DNA of 64,000 nt from positions 248,001 through 312,000 of the IMG/VR virus record IMGVR_UViG_3300020154_000003; one strand, 5' to 3'. Below are positions 26,979 to 35,294 of the stretch, in pieces; position 1 is the first letter of the stretch, and every line of letters begins with the position of its first letter. The position numbers and the translations under genes were made by a program. The notes under the pieces were generated by a model. The model ran no database searches, had not been told where the DNA came from, and saw nothing but the letters and a program-made list of their open reading frames with translations.

Positions 26979-29900
26979 ATGGCGATAAAAACAATTGCGC
27001 ATTTAGCAGATATACATATTCGTAAATCAACAGTCAGACATGATGAATATAGAGAAGTTTTCAACAACTTAGTTCAATCACTAAGAAATGAAAAACCTGA
27101 TCGTATTGTCATTGTCGGTGACTTATTTCATGACTACAATAAAATTGAAGGCGAGTTATTAATACTCGCTTCCAAATTTGTAAATGCACTTGCTAAAATA
27201 GCACCAGTTATTATCACTCGTGGCAACCATGATATTCTACGGTCAGCACTAAATCGAGTTGATTCAATTGAAGCTTTAATTAATGCAATTGACAATCCCA
27301 ATGTCAAATTCTATAATGAAACAGGGTTCTTTGTAGACGAGAACGTTGTATGGTGCGTATGGAAGCATGGTGAGAAAAAGAATAGTCCTTGGAGTGGAAG
27401 CGTTATTAAGGAACCTTCTAAAACATACATCGATCTTTACCACGATCCAGTTAACGGATGTGTGAACGCTGATGGGTTTGAATTCAACAGCAAAACGTAC
27501 AGATCATTAAGTAGTTTTGAAGGGGATTATTCTTTTTTTGGTGATATACACAAACACCAGTACCTGAACGAAACAAAAACTAAAGCTTACTCAGGCTCAC
27601 TAATCGCTCAGAATTTTTCTGAAGGTGACGATGAATTTCACGGTTATATATTATGGGATATTGCCAATGGGACAAACAGGGACATTTCTATACAAAATAA
27701 TTACAAGTTTTCAACAGTAATTGTCAACAGATTCACTGATTTTGATAGTTTAAATGTTTACATTCCAAATCCGGGTATATATAATTTTCTGCGAGTTAAA
27801 TGGCAGACACTACCAGCAATAAAAAATACTGAGAATGAAGATAAGTTGAATAAACATCTTCAGGAACGCTATTCCCCTGTTTACATTAAACACAAAACAG
27901 AATTTGTCGAAGAGGACAAAATTGACATTCAGGAGGCGGGGACTATTGACAATATCACTAAAAGAGAAGTTTTACACCCCATCTTCACAGAGTATCTACA
28001 AAAAATAGGTTTAGAGGAAGACGTTATTGCGGACGTTATAAAACTTGATCAAGAAATTGAAAGCAGAATTCAGATTGAGGACTTAACCAACATTCAGTGG
28101 TCGATTGTCAAATTTTCTGGCAGACACTTCCGCAATATTAAAGAAATTAATATTGATTGGCGAAATAAAAACGGTATTTACCAAATTACTGGCGAGAATA
28201 CTGCAGGTAAGTCATCCATCATTCAACTATTGTCTTACATACTTTATGGTAAAACGCTAGAGACTGATAAGTCAAAAAAATTTGGAGATTCGCGATTCGT
28301 CAACAATAGAATATCGACAAATTCTTGTGAAGGCTATCTGGTTATTAACTGTAATGGTGAACACTATGGTATCAAAAGAACTACTACCCTTGAATTTAAT
28401 AAAAAGGGTGAAATGAAGGGTTCGCCAACTGTAGTATCATATTATAAATTAAGTGACCCTGATGAACCTTTATCCAACGATAATGACATCACTTCCTTAA
28501 ACGAAGAAGAAAGGAAAAGTACGCAGCGCAGAATTGATGAAATCATCGGTACGTATGATAACTTCACACGTATTATTTTAACTACTGCAGATACCCTTAA
28601 TTCAATATTAGGTACTGAAAGTGCAGACTTCATAGATTCAATACTCAATGACTCTGGCCTAGATATTTTCGATCTTCGTCTAACTGAATTTAAAAAATAT
28701 CGCAAAGAACTTATAGCTAATGATAGAATTAGCTGCAATCTGGATACTGAAGAAAGTGCCATCACATATCTGCAAAACCAAAGTGCGGAATATGGTAAAA
28801 GAATTTCCACCCATATAAATGAGGGTAAAGCGATTCTTGCAAAAATAGAATTAGTGGATAAAGAAAAGGAACGACTTTCTCAAACCATGCATCAAATCGA
28901 CCCATCAATAGCTTCCTTGAACGTTGCAGCTATAAATGCAGAGATTACACAACATAAGAGAAATATTGCAACATTGGATGATGAGAAAGCAAACATCGAA
29001 GCCAGCATTGCTAAATTAAAAGAAACTTATGATGCGGACACATTAACTAAATTAGTTGAGAAACGAGAATCACATCGGAGCGATGAATTTAAATTAAGGA
29101 CTGAGATTAACAATCTTAAGCTTCAGTCTGAACAAATTTTGTCCAAGCAACATAGGGCAAATGGTGACATTGAATTACTTAAAAGAGAAGGTGCTTCTAA
29201 AAAGCAAGAAATCTTAGCATTAAAAGACAGTAAAAATTGTCCAACCTGCGGTCAACTTAAAACTGAGGATTCGCTTAATCACATCCAAGCCAGCATTAAG
29301 GAGAAAGAAACCTACATGTTTGGCATCGTTGATAAGATCAAGGCAAAACAAAAGGAAAAAGAATCTTTCTCTGGTGAAATTGATGGGATAAAATATTCCA
29401 TTGCTGCCATCGAACAGCAAATTGCAGAAAATTCTATTGGGTTTGAATCCATATTGGTTCAGATAGGTAATTTAAATAATGAAAAATTAGAGGTTGAAAG
29501 GCGAATAAGACTCGCAGAAGAATTGAAGGGCTTTCCTATTCGGTATGAGAACCTTGATCTCAAAATCAAGTCTCTTGAAGATAAATTAGTTAGATTCAAT
29601 GAACTTAAAGTAAAAATCGAAGAGAATGATAAAATCAAATTAGAGATCGGAACACTCAATGATAAATTGAATGATTTAAAACGTGACCATCAAGAAGTCA
29701 ATAATTTGATAGGGAAGTTCAATAATGACATCTTGTTTAATGATCGTCAAATTGCTCAAAAGACTGAGTTGATACGGAAATACAAAGAACAGGTAAAACA
29801 GGACACCGTTATGAGCATTTACGAAAAATGTGTTCATAGAGATGGAATTCCAACTCAAATTTTAACCAAAATTCTCCTACCCAAAATAAATGCTTCATTA

Positions 29901-30293
29901 GCCAATCTATTGAACTCTGTTGACTTCGATGTTTGGTTGGATGAGACTGACCTTAAGCTAAAAATGTCTTATTCTAGGCAACCTAATGCAGTGATAGACT
30001 GCATGGGAGGTTCTGGTAAGGAAAGAACATTTTCAAGTATCTCACTGAAGGTAGCATTGAACGAAATTAACACAAAATCCAAACCAACGATATTTATGTT
30101 GGATGAGGTAATGGGTAAATTAAAAGGTGAGAGTGTCACCGAATTCCTTGAATTTTTAGGAATTATCAAAACAAGGGTAAATAAGATGATTGTGATTGAA
30201 CAAAATCATGAGATCAATCCAGATTATGTTATCCACGCAGCCATTGACAATAATGGGGTGTCCACAATAAATTTATTAGATGAAGAATCTTGA
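26979..30293 (+). CDS. fused SbcD/Mre11 nuclease and SbcC/Rad50 SMC ATPase
   Basis: ADIHIR, GDLFH, GNHD, GDIH phosphoesterase motifs; Walker A GENTAGKS; Zn hook CPTCG within coiled coil; signature GSGKE and Walker B FMLDE. Confidence 0.9.
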   Translation: MAIKTIAHLADIHIRKSTVRHDEYREVFNNLVQSLRNEKPDRIVIVGDLFHDYNKIEGELLILASKFVNALAKIAPVIITRGNHDILRSALNRVDSIEALINAIDNPNVKFYNETGFFVDENVVWCVWKHGEKKNSPWSGSVIKEPSKTYIDLYHDPVNGCVNADGFEFNSKTYRSLSSFEGDYSFFGDIHKHQYLNETKTKAYSGSLIAQNFSEGDDEFHGYILWDIANGTNRDISIQNNYKFSTVIVNRFTDFDSLNVYIPNPGIYNFLRVKWQTLPAIKNTENEDKLNKHLQERYSPVYIKHKTEFVEEDKIDIQEAGTIDNITKREVLHPIFTEYLQKIGLEEDVIADVIKLDQEIESRIQIEDLTNIQWSIVKFSGRHFRNIKEINIDWRNKNGIYQITGENTAGKSSIIQLLSYILYGKTLETDKSKKFGDSRFVNNRISTNSCEGYLVINCNGEHYGIKRTTTLEFNKKGEMKGSPTVVSYYKLSDPDEPLSNDNDITSLNEEERKSTQRRIDEIIGTYDNFTRIILTTADTLNSILGTESADFIDSILNDSGLDIFDLRLTEFKKYRKELIANDRISCNLDTEESAITYLQNQSAEYGKRISTHINEGKAILAKIELVDKEKERLSQTMHQIDPSIASLNVAAINAEITQHKRNIATLDDEKANIEASIAKLKETYDADTLTKLVEKRESHRSDEFKLRTEINNLKLQSEQILSKQHRANGDIELLKREGASKKQEILALKDSKNCPTCGQLKTEDSLNHIQASIKEKETYMFGIVDKIKAKQKEKESFSGEIDGIKYSIAAIEQQIAENSIGFESILVQIGNLNNEKLEVERRIRLAEELKGFPIRYENLDLKIKSLEDKLVRFNELKVKIEENDKIKLEIGTLNDKLNDLKRDHQEVNNLIGKFNNDILFNDRQIAQKTELIRKYKEQVKQDTVMSIYEKCVHRDGIPTQILTKILLPKINASLANLLNSVDFDVWLDETDLKLKMSYSRQPNAVIDCMGGSGKERTFSSISLKVALNEINTKSKPTIFMLDEVMGKLKGESVTEFLEFLGIIKTRVNKMIVIEQNHEINPDYVIHAAIDNNGVSTINLLDEES

Positions 30294-30517
30294 TTATGAG
30301 TAAAACGTATAAAAAAACAACACCAAGACTAGAAGCAAAAATTGTTAAGGTATCAACCAATGAAGTTATTTTCACCTGTCCAACAAATAGTATGGACGTT
30401 CACCAGTACTTCAGAAATGATTTTATCGATCAAATAATGAAACAAACCTTTGGAGCACAGACTGAAAAGATCGGTGATGTGCTGGTAGTTATTGATCAAT
30501 ATTACCAGTATAGTTAA
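30293..30517 (+). CDS. hypothetical protein
   Basis: Follows the SbcDC fusion with almost no gap. Confidence 0.6.
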   Translation: MMSKTYKKTTPRLEAKIVKVSTNEVIFTCPTNSMDVHQYFRNDFIDQIMKQTFGAQTEKIGDVLVVIDQYYQYS

Positions 30518-30520
30518 TCT

Positions 30521-30730
30521 ATGAAGCAACACATTAAGCCAGTACTGTTATTCATCACTAAGTTTTTAGCGTATAGCATATTATCCTTCTTGTTACTTTT
30601 CGGATTGTTCTGCTTTAGGGGTAAATCAATTACGTTCACTGAATTTGTTCTGAATATGCTCCCTATATGGGGTTTAAGCATAGTTGCTACTATTTACGCC
30701 TTGGCGATTATGTATATTGCCAAAAAATAG
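30521..30730 (+). CDS. small two-helix membrane protein
   Basis: Two hydrophobic segments. Confidence 0.65.
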   Translation: MKQHIKPVLLFITKFLAYSILSFLLLFGLFCFRGKSITFTEFVLNMLPIWGLSIVATIYALAIMYIAKK

Positions 30731-31225
30731 TTACAATCTTTCCATGTACAAGGTCATGTCGTGAGGGGCAGGTATGTTACCTCCAAAATAAGGCCATAAC
30801 AGATATTTGAACAAAACTTTATCTTCCTGCTTTGGCACTCTCACGGTATGTGTATATCCCTTACCATAGAAAACGTAAACATAAGCTGACTCGATGTCTT
30901 CAATCGAGCATTCAAACGTTTCTTCAGGCTTTATTGTGGCCAACACACTTGCAGCCATTCTTTCACCGTGGTTATAGGTGTAAGTAACAATCTCAATATT
31001 TTGACCGTCAGTACATCTCCATCCAATCCTTGCAGATTGGTTATGATGAAAATACGTGGTTGAGAAACCAAACAATTTATTGATGTCATAATTATCATTG
31101 GTCTTAAGATCATAAAGACATGAAACACTGAATTTGGCTCTTACCTTAATTTTCTTCTTGAAAGTAATCCCAAAATGAAGTCCTCTACAATCGTGTTGAC
31201 CCTTTTTTATAACGTATTTCTTCAT
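30731..31225 (-). CDS. hypothetical beta-rich protein
   Basis: DINKLFGFS...HHNQSARIGWR...YLLWPYFGGN. Confidence 0.75.
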   Translation of the reverse strand: MKKYVIKKGQHDCRGLHFGITFKKKIKVRAKFSVSCLYDLKTNDNYDINKLFGFSTTYFHHNQSARIGWRCTDGQNIEIVTYTYNHGERMAASVLATIKPEETFECSIEDIESAYVYVFYGKGYTHTVRVPKQEDKVLFKYLLWPYFGGNIPAPHDMTLYMERL

Positions 31226-31449
31226 TGCTGCGCTTTTTTCTCCTTACGTTTTCTTAACCATCTCTTTAATGGATTACCGAGAGGTGAAAACCAGATTATT
31301 GCTGCAAACAATGCTACTGCTACAGTGATGCCTAATATTGTCTGTGCTAATGAGCCATCAGGTATGATATGCACTAAGGCGACCCAAATACCAAAACCTA
31401 CAACGATTTTAATAACTTCCTTAATGTCGTTTTTTGTTACTTTTTCCAT
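31222..31449 (-). CDS. small two-helix membrane protein
   Basis: Two hydrophobic segments and a basic tail. Confidence 0.7.
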   Translation of the reverse strand: MEKVTKNDIKEVIKIVVGFGIWVALVHIIPDGSLAQTILGITVAVALFAAIIWFSPLGNPLKRWLRKRKEKKAQQ

Positions 31450-31484
31450 ATTCTTTGATTTATATATAAATACAGAAAGAGCAT

Positions 31485-31514
31485 AAAAAAACCTGAACCG
31501 CTATGGTTCAGGTT
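31485..31514 (-). terminator. intrinsic terminator
   Basis: AACCTGAACC-ATAGC-GGTTCAGGTT followed by Ts. Confidence 0.8.
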
Positions 31515-31542
31515 AAAACGAAACAAACCCAATTATAAAATC

Positions 31543-32280
31543 TTATACTACGACTAACTTCAATACTAAGTCCATGACTACGCTCACATCAGCCCTGCAA
31601 TAGGTCGCAATATTGTTTAATTTAGTGATCTCATCGTCAGTGTGGTTCCAGAAATAGTCGCCAAGATTACTTCCATTAACAGTCCCTTGCTTAGATGAAG
31701 GAATACCTAAAAATTCAGCAATAGTATCTAATGACATGATCTTACTAGTACCCATTTTCCAGTCTTTCATTGTATCAGTCACTTTAGCCTCCCAAGGTTT
31801 GGCATCAATAGCATTTTTAAGTACTATAGGTATTTTGATGCCGTATTTGATCATTCTTTTCATCAAGAAAGGAATGTCATATTCGAGAATATTATGACCT
31901 ACCAAATTGATGTTAGCGTTATTTTGATAAGCCTTATCCAATTGACCTTGAAATTTTTCAAGTATTTCCTTCTCGTTAATTGACTTGATATTATATATCT
32001 TTTTTACAGGGGCACCTGTTTGATCAAATTCAATAAACCCAAAAGCAACACAGACTACCCTAGCATATTCCGGGAATAGTGCCGCCTTTGTGAGGTAGAT
32101 TTCTTCATCTGTTACGGTTTCACCAGCTTTCAATGCATCAGCATAGAATTTTGCGGCTACTCTTTTCCAATTCTCAAGGCTTCTACATGCAGTAAAATCT
32201 TGAAAAGTTTTAAACTCTCTTACGGTTTCTATATCGAAAAATAACATGTTGGGGATTTTATTAGAGGTGTAATTTTGCAT
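31543..32280 (-). CDS. DEDD 3'-5' exonuclease (PolB exonuclease-like)
   Basis: FFDIETV, GHNILEYDIPF, YCRADV. Confidence 0.85.
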   Translation of the reverse strand: MQNYTSNKIPNMLFFDIETVREFKTFQDFTACRSLENWKRVAAKFYADALKAGETVTDEEIYLTKAALFPEYARVVCVAFGFIEFDQTGAPVKKIYNIKSINEKEILEKFQGQLDKAYQNNANINLVGHNILEYDIPFLMKRMIKYGIKIPIVLKNAIDAKPWEAKVTDTMKDWKMGTSKIMSLDTIAEFLGIPSSKQGTVNGSNLGDYFWNHTDDEITKLNNIATYCRADVSVVMDLVLKLVVV

Positions 32281-32310
32281 ACTTTATATCTTATATGCAA
32301 ATATAACATT

Positions 32311-32730
32311 TTAATTCACTCCTGAAAATAATAATACGTGAGATTTTCCTTTTTTATCCACACAAATAGATAAATATTGACCAAATTCATCCTGAACGGC
32401 CATGCTTGTTTGTAGGGATTTTTTTCTCCAATAATAAATAACAGGATTGTCAAGAGTAATTATATGTTGAATAATATTATCAACCACTCTTTTGAGTTGC
32501 ATTTTATAGAGATAATCGAAATTGATTGTGTATTTCTTTTTTGAATCAATTAATTCGACTTCAGCAACATAAAAAATTTGAGAGTCACTTTGCTGTATGT
32601 AAATGTTTTTAACGATGCCGCACTTATTATTGATGAATTTGAATTCTTTGTTGTGTAAGCCAGATATTAGTACTGTATTACCCGTTTCAATTCTATCAAT
32701 TTCTTCATGTGTGCCAAACGTTAATTTCAT
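32311..32730 (-). CDS. hypothetical protein
   Basis: 139-aa ORF. Confidence 0.7.
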   Translation of the reverse strand: MKLTFGTHEEIDRIETGNTVLISGLHNKEFKFINNKCGIVKNIYIQQSDSQIFYVAEVELIDSKKKYTINFDYLYKMQLKRVVDNIIQHIITLDNPVIYYWRKKSLQTSMAVQDEFGQYLSICVDKKGKSHVLLFSGVN

Positions 32731-33068
32731 TTAAAAATGTAGTCCATCAATTTTGTCCAAAATGATCTCTTTTTAGAGAGTGCTTGTTCTTCCATTTTCA
32801 ACAATTCATCAAAACTTTTTTGACTAGTTTCAAATGAAACTTCCTTTTTGGTTTCTATTTCTTCAGCCAGCATCTCCCCATTATTGAGTACTTCTTCTAT
32901 TAAATACTTCTTTTGGTATTCAAAAGCTACCTGATCTGCCAATCTTTCCCGCTCAAACTCTTCTAACTCCTTATCGATCAACTCATCGAATTTCTTACCA
33001 ATTTCCTGAGGATTAGCGTTAAGTTCGGTAAGTTCCTTGTTTATTTTTTTATCAAATTGATTTTCCAT
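32727..33068 (-). CDS. hypothetical acidic protein
   Basis: 113-aa ORF. Confidence 0.75.
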   Translation of the reverse strand: MENQFDKKINKELTELNANPQEIGKKFDELIDKELEEFERERLADQVAFEYQKKYLIEEVLNNGEMLAEEIETKKEVSFETSQKSFDELLKMEEQALSKKRSFWTKLMDYIFK

Positions 33069-33681
33069 GCAACAACTCTTCTAGTCTTTTCATGTCCCCA
33101 TCGATAGCTTTACCTTGTTCTTCAACAACTTCAATTGGTTTAGCTGGTGCTTCAGTATTATCTACTGACGCTTCTTCTTCCACTTCACCAACACTTTCCT
33201 CCGTAGTTACAGTAACAGCTTCTGTTTTTTCATGCTTGATGGTTTTCAAATTTTCAATCTCTTTGCTTAGAGACATTTGAATTTGCACCATTCTATCACG
33301 CATTTCTTGCAGTTCCTTTTCTTTCTCTTTAATCTTGACCTGAATGGCATTGTTCCGTTCTATTATATCAATAGCAAACAATAATAACTCATCAAAATCT
33401 GCAGCAAATTCTTCCGAATTATTTACGAGTTTAATTACTTTTCCGTTACCATTCTCACTAACCAACACACATCCATAAGTATTCATAGTCATATCATGTG
33501 CCCAATCCTTGGGTACACCTAAGTACAACTCGTAACTTTGTGTTTCAACATTTAAATCCAGCTTCCAGAAATACTGTTCTATTGGGCTTAAAATGTCTTT
33601 AAATTTTATAATTCTATTTTCAAGAAAATATTTTGTCAGTTGACCAATATCCTCTTGGGAAAACTTGCTCGTGTCTATCAT
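33052..33681 (-). CDS. hypothetical coiled-coil protein
   Basis: 209-aa ORF. Confidence 0.75.
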   Translation of the reverse strand: MIDTSKFSQEDIGQLTKYFLENRIIKFKDILSPIEQYFWKLDLNVETQSYELYLGVPKDWAHDMTMNTYGCVLVSENGNGKVIKLVNNSEEFAADFDELLLFAIDIIERNNAIQVKIKEKEKELQEMRDRMVQIQMSLSKEIENLKTIKHEKTEAVTVTTEESVGEVEEEASVDNTEAPAKPIEVVEEQGKAIDGDMKRLEELLHGKSI

Positions 33682-33873
33682 TTAAATTAAGTAGGCTATA
33701 AAAACTCCAACTGATAGCCAAAGTAGAACCCTACCAATATTACCCAATATATATACCGTTTCAATATTGTATCTAATTCTCCTGACTAAACGATAAAAAA
33801 ACATGAATCCACAATTTAGCAGATACACTGTGCTTAATATGAATAAAAATTGGTAGAGTTCAACAAAGTCCAT
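33682..33873 (-). CDS. small membrane protein
   Basis: Two hydrophobic segments. Confidence 0.7.
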   Translation of the reverse strand: MDFVELYQFLFILSTVYLLNCGFMFFYRLVRRIRYNIETVYILGNIGRVLLWLSVGVFIAYLI

Positions 33874-34148
33874 TATCCAGCTTGGGTTTCAGATGCAGGT
33901 GAGTTAGCCTTGTTAGGCTCAGATGCGAGTTCTTGCTTCGGAGCAGCTTCAGGGAAGTAAATATCCATAAGCTTTACCGATTCAATCAACACAACGTTTT
34001 TCTTCACTAATTCAGTGAGTTTTTCGATGCGTTCCTTATGTGAATAAATTGTATCATTTTCAACTATTCTCCTTATTTCCGCTTCGTTAAAATAACGTTC
34101 ATTACGCAGTTCGTTTACTGCGTCTATTTTGATGATTTTTAAGTCCAT
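33873..34148 (-). CDS. hypothetical protein
   Basis: 91-aa ORF. Confidence 0.7.
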   Translation of the reverse strand: MDLKIIKIDAVNELRNERYFNEAEIRRIVENDTIYSHKERIEKLTELVKKNVVLIESVKLMDIYFPEAAPKQELASEPNKANSPASETQAG

Positions 34149-34220
34149 TTTCTATATTTTCCAGCTAAAATTATTTAAGCTGTAAATTTAGAATAATTTA
34201 CATTAAATCCAAACCTTTTT

Positions 34221-34724
34221 TTACTTTTCTAGTAATTTTTTTTTTGATTCCAAACACTGATCGAAAACCTTGTATAAGTCAGCTAATACTTTCATTATAC
34301 TTTTTTGTTTTTTAGGATATATACTGAAAATATCATCCCAAAATGACATGTATGATTTGATTGTTGGTAATGGGTCTAAGTTATAGAACTGCAGGGTGAA
34401 ATACTCATAAAAGTATTCTCTTAATTTATCTGTATTCTTGAATATAATTCCTTCAATTTCGAATTCAGCTACAACTTTATTAAAGGCCCAATTGAAATGT
34501 CCCTTGATGTCTTCTTCCTTATGTAAATACTCCTTACCGAAGTAAGTGGTGTGTGCATAACAAATTAAGTTAATAACGAAATCTCTGTAAAGTTCAACTC
34601 TCTCCTTGACCATGTTGTTCGCCTTTAACTCTTTCATTACCTCGTACTCGTTGTTAAAAATTTCATTATCCTTATAGACCTTCTCTATTCTAACTTTGTT
34701 ATTATTGTTTTTCATATCCTCCAA
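34221..34724 (-). CDS. hypothetical protein
   Basis: 167-aa ORF. Confidence 0.75.
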   Translation of the reverse strand: MEDMKNNNNKVRIEKVYKDNEIFNNEYEVMKELKANNMVKERVELYRDFVINLICYAHTTYFGKEYLHKEEDIKGHFNWAFNKVVAEFEIEGIIFKNTDKLREYFYEYFTLQFYNLDPLPTIKSYMSFWDDIFSIYPKKQKSIMKVLADLYKVFDQCLESKKKLLEK

Positions 34725-34908
34725 TATTTACATTGCAGTTATTTACTAATGATAATTCTATACCAAAATCACATTCAAGCAATTTGTGTAATTATAAATT
34801 TTTTACGCGAGAAAAGAACGACAATAACATAATTTATTTATACTAAATCTGAACGTTTTCATATAGTATTGTTTAAATATAAATACTTGATTAATGAGTG
34901 AAGGGAAT

Positions 34909-34932
34909 AAAAAAAGGTGCCGAAGCACCTTT
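34909..34932 (-). terminator. intrinsic terminator after thioredoxin
   Basis: AAGGTGC-TTCG-GCACCTT followed by a T run. Confidence 0.85.
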
Positions 34933-34954
34933 AAATGTTTTTTATAAAAAAAAA

Positions 34955-35281
34955 TTATTTTAAGATGTTTTTTATTTTTTCATCAAAAAATGATTTTGGT
35001 GCTGCACCTGAATGACGCATAACGACTTCGTTGTTTTTCAACACAACAAACGTTGGAATACTACGGACACCGTACTTACTTGCAGATTCTTTATGCAAGT
35101 CAACATTTACTTTAACTACTTTCATTTGCTCTTGATATGTATCTGCAAGTTGTTCAATGACAGGCATAACCATTTTACAAGGGCCACACCAATCAGCATA
35201 AAAGTCGATAAAGACTGGTTGATTTGATTCACTAACAATCGATATTAATTCTTCCGAACTAACGTTTTGTACTTTACTCAT
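34955..35281 (-). CDS. trxA: thioredoxin
   Basis: DFYADWCGPCK, VKVNVD, YGVRSIPT. Confidence 0.95.
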   Translation of the reverse strand: MSKVQNVSSEELISIVSESNQPVFIDFYADWCGPCKMVMPVIEQLADTYQEQMKVVKVNVDLHKESASKYGVRSIPTFVVLKNNEVVMRHSGAAPKSFFDEKIKNILK

Positions 35282-35294
35282 TTAATTAACAAAT

